Virus record (IMG/VR): IMGVR_UViG_2711768053_000014
Location: 1-36,325 of that record
Strand: one strand, 5' to 3'
Length of the DNA: 36,325 nt
Origin: a virus
Taxonomy: Duplodnaviria > Heunggongvirae > Uroviricota > Caudoviricetes
Shown piece by piece: positions 8,600 through 18,199 of the stretch. Both the position numbers and the translations under genes were made by a program. Numbering within the stretch: the first letter of the stretch is position 1; every line of letters begins with the position of its first letter. The notes beneath the pieces were generated by a model. That model had not been told where the DNA came from. It ran no database searches and worked only from the letters and a program-made list of their open reading frames with translations.

Positions 8600-9660
8600 G
8601 TGGCCACCGCCTTTGTTTTCTTCGTCTTCGCTTTCATTTCCGGCATATCCAGTGATTCAGGTGGAACCAGCGCCAGAACCGTCATCCGCCCCTGTGCGCC
8701 ATCCGTCCAGGTCACCCCGGATATCAGCCAGGTGGTTTTCAGGTTCTGAATACTGTCATCAATATCAACAAGGCGGTTGGTCTGCCACAGCGGGCCGCTG
8801 TCGCCCTGTTCGCGCCAGCCTGCCACCGTGATTTCCGTCGTGCGGGCCTCTCCCAGCATCCGGGCCTTGTACCATTCCCCGCGAATGCTGGCCCCGCCCA
8901 CGGTCAGGCTGTCTTCATTAACCAGAATGCGCGGGCGGTAACGGTTAATTTCCGGGTCTTCGACGATGTACTGGCGACCGCCCACCATCGAGGCAGGCTG
9001 GCTGTCCCACAGTTTGCCACCGGCACTGGTGGTGCCTTTGATGATGTACTGGCTGTTACGCTCCCGCCAGCTGAAGCGCCCACGGGCAGCGAGGATATTT
9101 TTCCCCAGCACCAGTGACACACCCGCGCGAACGGAAGAGGCGCGGGTGATAATCAGGTTACCCGCCCCGTCAGACGTCAGCAGAACGCCGCGCTGTTTTG
9201 CCAGCCGGTCGAGCAGTTCAAACCCCGTTTCACCCTGTTCCAGAACGACGGACGCAAACGCCTCCCCGGTCGGGGTTTCCGTGATGACGGTTATCCCGAA
9301 CGGGCGGCAGACATCAGCCGCCACCTGTTCAAGCCGCACGCCTTTCCATTTCCCGGACGAATGCACCACAGAGCAGTCCACCAGGTCACCGGTTTTGTCG
9401 CGCCCCATGACACGAATCTCCACGTTATCTGCGTCATAGCTGGGAATAAAATCATCGATATACCCCGTCAGCACGGTATCCGCGCCCAGCCTGACTGTGC
9501 AGGGTTGCCCCTCACGAATCACGCGCGGTGCCGCCGCTGACCAGCGGGTTGTCACACTGAGTTCAAATTCACCGGCAATCGCCTTCAGGGAACGACTGAC
9601 GGACATTTCCGTCCAGCCTTCCCACAATTTGCCGTCAACGGTAAGAATCACGGATCCCAT
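8590..9660 (-). CDS. Tail/baseplate hub protein P (Mu gp44-like)
   Basis: 356-aa ORF immediately downstream of the N-like gene (ATGA-type overlap); Mu gene P-like by synteny and size. Confidence 0.7.
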   Translation of the reverse strand: MGSVILTVDGKLWEGWTEMSVSRSLKAIAGEFELSVTTRWSAAAPRVIREGQPCTVRLGADTVLTGYIDDFIPSYDADNVEIRVMGRDKTGDLVDCSVVHSSGKWKGVRLEQVAADVCRPFGITVITETPTGEAFASVVLEQGETGFELLDRLAKQRGVLLTSDGAGNLIITRASSVRAGVSLVLGKNILAARGRFSWRERNSQYIIKGTTSAGGKLWDSQPASMVGGRQYIVEDPEINRYRPRILVNEDSLTVGGASIRGEWYKARMLGEARTTEITVAGWREQGDSGPLWQTNRLVDIDDSIQNLKTTWLISGVTWTDGAQGRMTVLALVPPESLDMPEMKAKTKKTKAVATWD

Positions 9661-10934
9661 CAGTCGGTAATCTCCACAGGTTGCGTTGGCAGTATGAATG
9701 ACGGATGGCGCAGGCGGTTACGCTGCACGATTTCATCCCGTCGGCTGGTGTCACCATGCTCGCGCCATGCCAGCAATGCGGCAGATGTGGTTGTGGTCAG
9801 CGTCACCTGCCGGGTTTCCGGCAGACGGGCGGCACGCTCGCGGGCATCCGTAATCACGGCCAGCCGTAAATCGCGCAGCGTTCGCCACAATGCCCGCTGG
9901 TTATTTTCCACCGCCGCCACCGCCTGTTCATGCAGTTCAGCCGCCAGCGTATCACCGGCAGATAATGCCGCATCACTGGTATCGAACGTCATCGAGGTCA
10001 CGGCATTTGCCTGTCCCAGCAGGGTTTCCAGCACAACCACCTGGCGGAAGTCGTCAATGTTCTTCTGCAGGCTGTCAGATACCGGCTGATAATCCGGTGA
10101 CAGCCCGATAGCAAAGCCTATTTCACCGTCTGCCACGCTGCCGGGCTTCACGGTGATATCTTCCGGCAGTGCGCCGGTGGCAACCTGTCGGGCACGTTCT
10201 CCGGCCCACTGGTTGCGTAATGTCGTGTAAACCGCCAGTGCTTCGGGTGGTTCCGTCACCAGATCAACCACGCCGTCGATGAACGAGGACAGCTCACTGA
10301 CCAGACGCCCCGGTGTGGCAATGATGGTTCCGGCCATCTCCTTAAAATGGTTCAGCCTGTCCATCCACTGATTCAGTGCTGCCGGTAACGTGGGCAGATT
10401 AGCCACAAGGTTCTCCATATCAGCCAGAAAGCTGTCGGCCATCTCACCCAGCCCGTCGAGTGCGCCGAACCAGTCGCCATCGTCAATGGCGGCTTTCACC
10501 GCATCAATGCCCGTCAGCACTTCCTGCTGCGTGTTATCCGCCGCAGACGGGAACAGGCGCTCGCCTGCCTCAAACACTTCAAAAGTGACATACGCAATGC
10601 CGTCTTCCTCCGTGCTGAGGCGATGGGTGACCTTGCCAACCTGTACGGTCTGTATCCCGAACCACGGGTGGATAAGCTCGCCGGGGCCGGGGGTATTGAG
10701 CGCGTCTAAAAGGGCGTTTAAATCATCCCGGAAGTTTTTACCTGGCAGCTTTGCGTTAATCTGCTGTTGCCCCGGAACAGCACCGTTATCATCCGTCCAG
10801 GCGGTTTCGCGCCGGGGATACGCGCGGGGAATCGCTCTGCGGCCACCGGTGCCTTCCGTATCCACCAGAAAGAAGGGAACACCACGAAACGAGGCGTCGC
10901 GCAGCCCGTTCCATTTACCTTTGCCTGTTGTCAT
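9660..10934 (-). CDS. DNA circularisation protein N-like (Mu gp43-like)
   Basis: 424-aa ORF directly after the tape-measure gene; Mu N-like by synteny. Confidence 0.65.
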   Translation of the reverse strand: MTTGKGKWNGLRDASFRGVPFFLVDTEGTGGRRAIPRAYPRRETAWTDDNGAVPGQQQINAKLPGKNFRDDLNALLDALNTPGPGELIHPWFGIQTVQVGKVTHRLSTEEDGIAYVTFEVFEAGERLFPSAADNTQQEVLTGIDAVKAAIDDGDWFGALDGLGEMADSFLADMENLVANLPTLPAALNQWMDRLNHFKEMAGTIIATPGRLVSELSSFIDGVVDLVTEPPEALAVYTTLRNQWAGERARQVATGALPEDITVKPGSVADGEIGFAIGLSPDYQPVSDSLQKNIDDFRQVVVLETLLGQANAVTSMTFDTSDAALSAGDTLAAELHEQAVAAVENNQRALWRTLRDLRLAVITDARERAARLPETRQVTLTTTTSAALLAWREHGDTSRRDEIVQRNRLRHPSFILPTQPVEITD

Positions 10935-12793
10935 TACCCTTGCTCCACGCTGGTGACGCCAGCCTGCGCACTGAGTCTGACGCCGGGTTGATCCACTCTG
11001 ACACTTTTCACGCGGGCGTCACCTTCCACCACCACACGGATTTCCCCCTGCAATTGCTGCGGAAGGAAAGGATAAGTCTGTGTGCCCTGCATACCTGCCC
11101 ACGGTCGCGGGTCGGCAATGTTTTTGTCACCCAGCGAGTTGAACCAGTCCGTTACCTTACGCCAGACGGACTCGAGCGCTTTCTGGTTGTTCTGGCTTTG
11201 TTGAGCGAACTCGCGCTCCCACGGGGCAGCATTGGGGTCACCGGCAACGGATTTTGTAAGGCTGTCAATCTCGCCCGGCAGGGCGTATTGCTTTTCCAGA
11301 TGCTCTTTTGCTGCTATTGCCGCCAGCGCGGGACCGAGGATTTTCCCTACAAAACGTCCCCAGCCGTTACGTGAACCGCGAGAACTATCTGGTAGATCCG
11401 GAATATCCGGGATATCCGGGATATCCGGCAGACCTCCAGAATCGCCACTCGAACCAAGACTACCCATATTAACCACATAAACCGGCATCACACCGGAGCC
11501 GAAAACATCTGTAATGCCACTGGGTATCCCTTTGCCTTTCCCTTTGGGATTCATGATGTCGTGGATGGTTTTACCGAACTGGTACGTTTTTCTGATGGCG
11601 ATAATGCCGCCCAGCGCGATCGCCATATACTTACCGACCTGTAACCAGGTCTGGACGGTATCCTGGTCAACGCTGTTGATGGCATCAGCCAGTTCCTGAA
11701 CGGGTTTTGCCAGTTCCCTTTCAGCAAAACGTTGCCATTCGTTATTCAGTGATTGTATTGCAGCATTAAAACCTTCGGCATTGGTCTGTGCGGCCTTTTG
11801 CGTGGAACCCAGCTCAATCGTGCCGTAAATCATTTTCTCCAGCAGTTCCCGGTTTTCAGGGTTAAGCAGCGCCTTAACCCCCTGCATCCCGGTCTGATCA
11901 AACACATCCTGAAGTTTCAGCGGGTCGTATTTGGCCCGTTTAAGGATTTCCATCATCAGTTCATAGGGCTTTTTGATGTCTTTTGTGCCTTTGACAAAAA
12001 CATCAACGCCGTTTTTTTTCAGGAACTCGATGTTCTTTTTGTCCGACAGGGAGGCATACATGGCCTGAATACTGGTCACCGTCTCATCAATGCTGCCTTT
12101 GTTTTTGGCGAACACCTGAGCAAATGCCCCCATCTGGGCAATGGCTTCCGGTCCCTGATCCTGAATGATGGAAAACAGTTTCGGAGCTGCGCGGGCAACA
12201 TCGGCAACGCTGACAGACCCCACTGCGAACTGCGAATACAGTCTGTCCATCATGTTACTGACCGCATCCGCGCCCCGGACGTTTTTTTCCCAGAACTGCG
12301 CCATCAGCCCGGCTGCAACCTGTCCGTCAACACCGAACGCCTGCATAAACAGCCCCATGTTGCGCAGGTTGTCCACCACATACTGATAATCACCGGTTTT
12401 TCCCAGCAGGGCATCTGCCCCTTCACCGAGTGCCGAGGCATCAACGCGGATATCCTTCTGATTGGAAACGTCCCGGATCGCGTTCTTCAGCGTATTGACC
12501 TGCTCTGCGTTTAATTTGGCATTGGTTCCCATGCGCCGCATCTGGGCATCAAAATCCGCAACGCCTTTTACTGTCACGCTGCCCCCAAGCCCGGCAATCA
12601 TCGCCGTGTAGCGGTTACCCAGCGTATCAAGGCCGCGTCCTGCGGCCTCCGTTGTGGCTTTGACAAGGCGCATGGCCTTCTGGTGGTTCCGGGCGAATTG
12701 CGACATGTTTGCGCCGTACTGCCGGGCTTTGGCGGTCAGGTTCCCGGCCAGGTTGATCATGATTTCCGTGCTGAGACGGTTACCTGTTGCCAT
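10934..12793 (-). CDS. Tail tape measure protein
   Basis: 619-aa ORF downstream of tube and chaperone genes; Ala/Gly/Gln-rich helical composition with a glycine-rich central segment and a (DIP)n repeat (GGLPDIPDIPDIPDLPDS). Confidence 0.8.
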   Translation of the reverse strand: MATGNRLSTEIMINLAGNLTAKARQYGANMSQFARNHQKAMRLVKATTEAAGRGLDTLGNRYTAMIAGLGGSVTVKGVADFDAQMRRMGTNAKLNAEQVNTLKNAIRDVSNQKDIRVDASALGEGADALLGKTGDYQYVVDNLRNMGLFMQAFGVDGQVAAGLMAQFWEKNVRGADAVSNMMDRLYSQFAVGSVSVADVARAAPKLFSIIQDQGPEAIAQMGAFAQVFAKNKGSIDETVTSIQAMYASLSDKKNIEFLKKNGVDVFVKGTKDIKKPYELMMEILKRAKYDPLKLQDVFDQTGMQGVKALLNPENRELLEKMIYGTIELGSTQKAAQTNAEGFNAAIQSLNNEWQRFAERELAKPVQELADAINSVDQDTVQTWLQVGKYMAIALGGIIAIRKTYQFGKTIHDIMNPKGKGKGIPSGITDVFGSGVMPVYVVNMGSLGSSGDSGGLPDIPDIPDIPDLPDSSRGSRNGWGRFVGKILGPALAAIAAKEHLEKQYALPGEIDSLTKSVAGDPNAAPWEREFAQQSQNNQKALESVWRKVTDWFNSLGDKNIADPRPWAGMQGTQTYPFLPQQLQGEIRVVVEGDARVKSVRVDQPGVRLSAQAGVTSVEQG

Positions 12794-12879
12794 GTTGTTT
12801 CTCCAGTTGCTTTATCAGGCGGAACAGCTGCCGCAGGGGCAGCTGTTCCAGGTACTGAATGCTGAATCGCTGGGACAGG

Positions 12880-13275
12880 TTAACCAGCAGGTTCATCAGT
12901 GCCGCCGCCAGCGGCATCAGTTCGCCCCCGCGTTGCCACCTCCTCAAGCATTTCATCCAGCGCAGCGGCTTTCGTGCTGATAAGCTCAAGGTCTGCCGGG
13001 TGGAGCATTCGCAGCTGTTTCATGTCCAGCGGGCCGGGAATGTTGCCGATGGCCGCAACCTGACGGCGCATCATCTCCAGCCCCATCAGCACTTCAGAAC
13101 AGTAGGCCACCGCCTTTCCATTCCCGCCCATGACGACGCGTTCTGCGGCCAGTTGTGCATCAATCACATCGCTGGCGGTCAGTTCGCGTAGCTTCACGGT
13201 TTTATGCAGGGTTTCATCTGCCGTGCCTTTGCCGGTCAGAAGCCCGTGTTTCAGTTCAAATTCCATTTCAGCCAT
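12880..13275 (-). CDS. Tail assembly chaperone (Mu gp41-like), possible frameshift extension into the 12780..12989 frame
   Basis: 131-aa ORF between the tube and tape-measure genes; an overlapping ORF in another frame (12780..12989) bridges to the tape-measure start, the usual layout of the conserved tail-chaperone programmed frameshift. Confidence 0.6.
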   Translation of the reverse strand: MAEMEFELKHGLLTGKGTADETLHKTVKLRELTASDVIDAQLAAERVVMGGNGKAVAYCSEVLMGLEMMRRQVAAIGNIPGPLDMKQLRMLHPADLELISTKAAALDEMLEEVATRGRTDAAGGGTDEPAG

Positions 13276-13276
13276 G

Positions 13277-13633
13277 TCACACCTTCACGCATTTTTCACC
13301 GATAAAGTTGGCACTGATGGTGCCGGAATCCTCGTCCAGCTCTGCCGGGTTATCCGTGGCGGAACCCGTCATCATGTAGTTCAGGCCGTTGTCGCCGTAG
13401 AACATCACCGTGACATCTTCCCAGCTGCTGATTTCAATCACGTCCATATCCGCTGCCGCTGCAATGGTCACCTTGATGGACGGCGAGGCCATCTTGCTGG
13501 AGATACCCCAGACCTTGCCGCCGCCCATATGCTGGGTGCGGCTGAAGCCGCCCGGGTTCAGCGTGGATTTCCCCTCGGTTTTAATTTCGCGGCCATTCAC
13601 GCGAATGGTCGCCATGCCAAGAATTTTTGCCAT
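13277..13633 (-). CDS. Tail tube protein (Mu M-like)
   Basis: 118-aa ORF immediately downstream of the sheath gene; standard sheath-tube order for contractile tails. Confidence 0.7.
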   Translation of the reverse strand: MAKILGMATIRVNGREIKTEGKSTLNPGGFSRTQHMGGGKVWGISSKMASPSIKVTIAAAADMDVIEISSWEDVTVMFYGDNGLNYMMTGSATDNPAELDEDSGTISANFIGEKCVKV

Positions 13634-13642
13634 GCGGCCCCC

Positions 13643-15118
13643 TTAAAGTTTGAACTGAATCAGGCCTGCCAGCACACGCAGCTGGTTCACCAGATTCGGG
13701 TGGCAGATAAAGTTCAGGCGGTTTTTATCACTGCTGTCGCGTGTCACCTGAAGCGTGTCCCTGTAATCGCTGAAGTTCTCCACAAGGCCCGCCGGGAGGA
13801 GTTCGGTCTGGCAGATATCCAGCAGCTCTGCGGTGCACAGCTTCGGCGTCATCACCGGCTGCCCCGCATCCAGCGAGTCCAGCACGTCATCGTCCGCCAG
13901 CTTGTGGCGCGGATAACGGTTCGAAAAACGGTTTTTGATGATGTAACGGATACGGCCCAGCGTGGCGGGTGACTGCACATCCAGGTACGACACATCCGCA
14001 TCACCGTACTGGTTAACCCGGTACATGGTGATTTCACGCTCAATGCAGACGTTATCCCCGGCGTCCACCATGTGTGTGGCAATGCCGTCATGCAGCAGCA
14101 GGTTACGTTCCGGCATATCCCAGCGAACATTACGCGCAGGCGGCAGAATGCCGGTCAGGACCAGCGTCTGAAGCGGACGCGCCGGGTCAATGGCAAGGTG
14201 ATACGCTGCCGTTGCGCCGTATGACGCGGCCCACATCCACGCCGGGTGCGGTGACAGGTTGGTGCCGATACAGCTAATCAGCCAGTCATTGCGGGTTTCA
14301 CCAAACGTGCCGGTTTCCCCGTGCGTGCCACGAAACGCCGTCCACAGCTGCGCCTCCATCATTTTGAGCGGCCCCCAGCGGTTCAGCAGTTCATCACGCA
14401 GGGTGTTCAGGCTTTGCGTGTCGGTGAACGGGGCGATGATATCGGTGAACCACTCCGGGCCGATGGCCGCAACGGCATCCGCCATTTCCGGTGTCCCGGT
14501 GCCGCCGGTAAACGTGGTGGCGGTCACCCTCACACCTGCCGGGAAGGCTTCACCGGTGTAGTAGTTCAGGCGAACGTCGGCACCGTTGCCGGTGACGCCG
14601 TGCCAGTTCACGGTCAGCTCCACGGTATCCGTGGCATCATCCTTCACCGAAGCGATCACTTGCGTGGCAGGCTTTTTCGTCACCGCATCAGCGATGGCTG
14701 TCGCAATGTTTTCCTTCGTAGCCCCGGCGCTCACGCTCACCTGAACGGAGACACCGTTAATCAGCAGGGCCACCGTTCCGGCTTCAGACGCTGTCCCCAG
14801 CACGGTCAGCGTGGCTTTTGCGGCAGCGCCAACAGGTGCGGCAACCGGCATTGCCCAGGTTTCTGTGTACGTGTTGGCACGACGCAGCATTTTGAGCATT
14901 TCAGCCAGCATAGACCCTTTGCCATAAAGCTGGTCTGCCTGGCTGTCACTGGTGATGCGGGTCAATGACAGGGCGTCTGCGCTGCCGGACGATACCGCAT
15001 GGCCCATGACCAGAATTTTTCGGCTTTGCGCGGATGCACCATCCAGCGCCTGTGAATTGTCGATATCGATCCAGACAAGCGGGACACGAATATCATCAGG
15101 AATTGAACCCAGCGACAT
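13643..15118 (-). CDS. Tail sheath protein (Mu L-like)
   Basis: ORF track 13643..15187; ~490 aa from the internal Met at 15118, which follows the upstream stop (15123) and has a strong RBS (AGAGGAAG); sheath-like size and position. Confidence 0.8.
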   Translation of the reverse strand: MSLGSIPDDIRVPLVWIDIDNSQALDGASAQSRKILVMGHAVSSGSADALSLTRITSDSQADQLYGKGSMLAEMLKMLRRANTYTETWAMPVAAPVGAAAKATLTVLGTASEAGTVALLINGVSVQVSVSAGATKENIATAIADAVTKKPATQVIASVKDDATDTVELTVNWHGVTGNGADVRLNYYTGEAFPAGVRVTATTFTGGTGTPEMADAVAAIGPEWFTDIIAPFTDTQSLNTLRDELLNRWGPLKMMEAQLWTAFRGTHGETGTFGETRNDWLISCIGTNLSPHPAWMWAASYGATAAYHLAIDPARPLQTLVLTGILPPARNVRWDMPERNLLLHDGIATHMVDAGDNVCIEREITMYRVNQYGDADVSYLDVQSPATLGRIRYIIKNRFSNRYPRHKLADDDVLDSLDAGQPVMTPKLCTAELLDICQTELLPAGLVENFSDYRDTLQVTRDSSDKNRLNFICHPNLVNQLRVLAGLIQFKL

Positions 15119-15122
15119 AGAT

Positions 15123-15341
15123 TTACTTCCTCTTTCGTTTCTGGTTTTTGGTTTCAGGACGGGATGTTTCTGCCGGAACATCAGCAATCACCACATCCCC
15201 CTCGGCTTCACGACGTCGCCAGTACGCCCCGACGTCGAGACGTTCCCCTTCCGGGGATAAATGCGCGCCATCCGGTTTACGGACACGGAGGTTTTCCCGC
15301 GCTGGCTTAATCAGTTTCTGTTCCATCGTCACCCCGTACAT
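15123..15341 (-). CDS. Small hypothetical protein upstream of sheath gene
   Basis: 72-aa ORF packed between the gp38-like and sheath genes; basic C-terminus; no recognisable motif. Confidence 0.35.
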   Translation of the reverse strand: MYGVTMEQKLIKPARENLRVRKPDGAHLSPEGERLDVGAYWRRREAEGDVVIADVPAETSRPETKNQKRKRK

Positions 15342-15918
15342 GGATCACGTCGTTAATTTCAGTGTGTTCACCGCTACGCAGCGTTGCCCCGAGGCGCAGG
15401 AAGTCCGGGAGCGCGGCGAGATCAATCTCTTCATCCAGCTGAAATTCCTGCTCCCACGTCACCGCCCACATGGTGACGCCCAGCCCGTCGAGGCTGGCGG
15501 AGTAAATGTTGTCTGCCCGCACATCAGCAGCCATGCGTTCAGCCCCCATGCCCCCGGTAGAATCCGACGACAACAGGCGTTTGATCACCTTCCCGGCCAG
15601 CACTTCACAGCGCACGTCGCGGGAATACCCCCACGAATCCGTCGCCATGATGTAAGCCACCCAGGTGACCAGACCGGACAGCCCGCCGCGCGGGTTAATA
15701 TCCCGGACGCGCAGGGCAGCTACCCGGATACAGCCGGTGCGACCGGACAGATAGCGTTTCACTTCATCGGGGCTGTTGAACTGGCCGATGTGACGCTCCA
15801 CCACGTCGGCCCGGTCAGGGGTTTTCCCCTGAAGCGCTGTTTTCAGCCAGGCCACAATGCGCTCTGCGGCCGCAACGGTGCTCCCCGGTGTGCGCAGTTC
15901 AGGGCGTTGTTCTGTCAT
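15307..15918 (-). CDS. Neck/tail completion protein (Mu gp38-like)
   Basis: 203-aa ORF in the head-tail joining cluster between the head and sheath genes. Confidence 0.55.
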   Translation of the reverse strand: MTEQRPELRTPGSTVAAAERIVAWLKTALQGKTPDRADVVERHIGQFNSPDEVKRYLSGRTGCIRVAALRVRDINPRGGLSGLVTWVAYIMATDSWGYSRDVRCEVLAGKVIKRLLSSDSTGGMGAERMAADVRADNIYSASLDGLGVTMWAVTWEQEFQLDEEIDLAALPDFLRLGATLRSGEHTEINDVIHVRGDDGTETD

Positions 15919-16460
15919 GGCAGAACCTCCTTCCAGAAATGACTGATAACCTGTTGCAGCTCCTGCTGATTGGCAGAAGACAGCCCCAGAAATTCACGTT
16001 GCGGAATGTTCATCATGCGGTTATGTGCGCCGACGGTCTGCCAGACCGGATATTTCAGCGCCCGCCCGAAACACTGCGAGATAAGCCGTTTGTGGGCGCT
16101 GACCGGCACACTGCCGGAAAAGCCGTCATTCATGATGCGGGCATAATCCAGCGGTGAACCGATACGCACCACGCGGTTTTCCACGATGTACTGGATACTC
16201 TCCAGCAGATGGCCTTCACCACGCAGCAGGCTCTGGTTGCCGTGGCGGGTCTTTTTGTACCCGTCAGACCAGTCCGGCCAGCGTTCGCCACCCGGACTGG
16301 TTTTCTCATCGATGATGCGGCGGCGGGTCTGTGATTCCACCACCGCACCGATGCTTTCCAGCAGCTCTGCCTGCAATGAACCATCTGCCAGCTTTTCAAC
16401 GGCGCGGCGGATATCCTCCAGACGCTGGTCACCGCTGACCTGTACAGAAATCCCCATCAC
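15915..16460 (-). CDS. Virion morphogenesis protein (Mu gp37/G family-like)
   Basis: 181-aa ORF, ATGA-type coupling to neighbours, in the head-tail joining cluster. Confidence 0.55.
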   Translation of the reverse strand: MMGISVQVSGDQRLEDIRRAVEKLADGSLQAELLESIGAVVESQTRRRIIDEKTSPGGERWPDWSDGYKKTRHGNQSLLRGEGHLLESIQYIVENRVVRIGSPLDYARIMNDGFSGSVPVSAHKRLISQCFGRALKYPVWQTVGAHNRMMNIPQREFLGLSSANQQELQQVISHFWKEVLP

Positions 16461-16894
16461 AGCACCCCTTTCAGGTTGTTACGGGTGAACAGCCGGGCAT
16501 TGGCACCCACCACAATGATTTTCCCGTGGTCGGTTTCTGCCGGGGTGGCATACGTCGGCAGGCCCAGATCACGGGTGCCGTTCGCCATCTCACGCAGGGT
16601 TTTAATGGCGTCGTCGTAGCGTTTCTGGATCAGCTCCGTGATTTGATTGTCACGCTCTGACAACCAGTAAAACGCCAGCGATACCGCCACGCGTTGCAGC
16701 GGGCGCGGGATTTCCGTCACTCCCAGCGGCAGCTGGTAGCGGCGGGACAGAAACGAATCAATTTCCGCTTCGGCATCACTGATGGCCTGACGGATTTTGT
16801 CTTCATCCAGTTCGTTGGTTTCCCGGTTAATCGCCATGTTCCAGACAAGATTGCCGTCCGCGCGTAACAGGTCTTCCTGCGTGATATACCCCAT
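16457..16894 (-). CDS. Head-tail joining protein (Mu gp36-like)
   Basis: 145-aa ORF in the head-tail joining cluster. Confidence 0.55.
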   Translation of the reverse strand: MGYITQEDLLRADGNLVWNMAINRETNELDEDKIRQAISDAEAEIDSFLSRRYQLPLGVTEIPRPLQRVAVSLAFYWLSERDNQITELIQKRYDDAIKTLREMANGTRDLGLPTYATPAETDHGKIIVVGANARLFTRNNLKGVL

Positions 16895-17205
16895 CAGCCT
16901 TTCTCCGTTTCCCGGACAATCAGATTCGGCTCTGCCATCAGGCGGGTGGCAACCGCAGCGGTCACCGCCACATCCTCACCGGCATGTGACCAGAAACGGC
17001 CACAGCGCCAGAACCCGTTTTCAGACACGGCCCGGACGTTAAGCCGGACAGGGGCGTCACCCTGTACAGTAACCGGGTCTTCAGCCGGACGTGGTTCATT
17101 CGCCTGACCGTCAGCCACAATAACGTCTGCCAGCGGTGCCGGGTTTTCCTGTTCAGCGCTGTTCTTTGCGGCTTTCGCGCCTTTGGTTCCTGCTTTTTCA
17201 CTCAT
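16894..17205 (-). CDS. Hypothetical head-associated protein (Mu gp35 position)
   Basis: 103-aa ORF directly downstream of the major head gene, preceded by an 18-bp palindrome. Confidence 0.45.
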   Translation of the reverse strand: MSEKAGTKGAKAAKNSAEQENPAPLADVIVADGQANEPRPAEDPVTVQGDAPVRLNVRAVSENGFWRCGRFWSHAGEDVAVTAAVATRLMAEPNLIVRETEKG

Positions 17206-17286
17206 GACTCTGCCTTTTAAAAGGCAGTTAAAAGGGCATTCACAGCGCCTTTTAACTGCGGGTTACAACAGATTACGGATGACGGG

Positions 17287-18192
17287 TTATGCCGGGGTGG
17301 TGATGTACGGGCTGTCCACGATGTCCACATCCTTGTACCAGATGTTGGAATCGCCGCCGTTAACCAGCATGGCGTCAATAATGAGCTTCGCGTCCGCACG
17401 GTTTTTCGCCCCCACCACAAGGGTGGTCGGGCGGATGCCCAGCGGCTCACCGTTGGTGCCCTTCATGCCCCGCAGCAACTCATTGGCTTTTTTGTAGTTC
17501 TCCACCGTCAGTGCTGCACGGGAACCGACGGCGGTCTGCCAGAAGCCGAAGCCCGCATTACAGCGACCGTCCACGCCGTACAGGAACTCGTGGTTCTTGA
17601 AGGTGTGCTCGCTGTTCAGATCGTCCAGGGCTTCAAATTTAAAGGCGCGTCGCGTCTGCCAGATGATGGGTTTCAGCACCTGCGACTCATCAATCAGAAA
17701 CCACGGTTCGCCCTGGTCCGTTCCTGGTGTACCGACAACGTTGCTGTAGGTGCCGTCGCCCAGCGGGTGGTCTTCATCAAAGAAGTTCTGGCCGTCAAAG
17801 CACAGGGTGTTAAACCCGGCACACAACAGGGCGTAACACAGCTTGTCCGGGAACACAGCAGTCATACGGCCATAGCGTTCGGCGGTAATGCTGTACTGAC
17901 CAATCTGGTCATCTTCAATGTGTTCGCGTTTAACGCGGATCGAACTTTCCCAGAGTTTGTTGGTGATGGTGTAACCATAACCGTCCAGCGTTGCCAGCTG
18001 ACGCTCGCCAACCCATTCTTTGATGTCCGGTAAATCTTTCATCCAGCCGTAGGTGTTGGAGGCGGACGAACTCGGCACCTCAGAAGCAATACGATTCCAC
18101 TGCGGTTCGACACCACTCAGTCCACGGGTAAAGGCGGCGCTCAGGCAGGTGGTCAGTGCATGAAGGATTTCAGAACTGATAGTCTGTGACAT
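17287..18192 (-). CDS. T: Major head (capsid) subunit T
   Basis: 301-aa ORF following the protease/scaffold gene I; size and position match Mu major head protein T. Confidence 0.8.
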   Translation of the reverse strand: MSQTISSEILHALTTCLSAAFTRGLSGVEPQWNRIASEVPSSSASNTYGWMKDLPDIKEWVGERQLATLDGYGYTITNKLWESSIRVKREHIEDDQIGQYSITAERYGRMTAVFPDKLCYALLCAGFNTLCFDGQNFFDEDHPLGDGTYSNVVGTPGTDQGEPWFLIDESQVLKPIIWQTRRAFKFEALDDLNSEHTFKNHEFLYGVDGRCNAGFGFWQTAVGSRAALTVENYKKANELLRGMKGTNGEPLGIRPTTLVVGAKNRADAKLIIDAMLVNGGDSNIWYKDVDIVDSPYITTPA

Positions 18193-18199
18193 GTGTTAC

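Noticed and set aside
11380-11450. Tandem short repeats that could suggest a CRISPR array or minisatellite.
   Set aside because: Only ~3 copies of a 9-bp unit with no spacers, lying in frame inside the tape-measure gene (encodes DIPDIPDIP); not a CRISPR.
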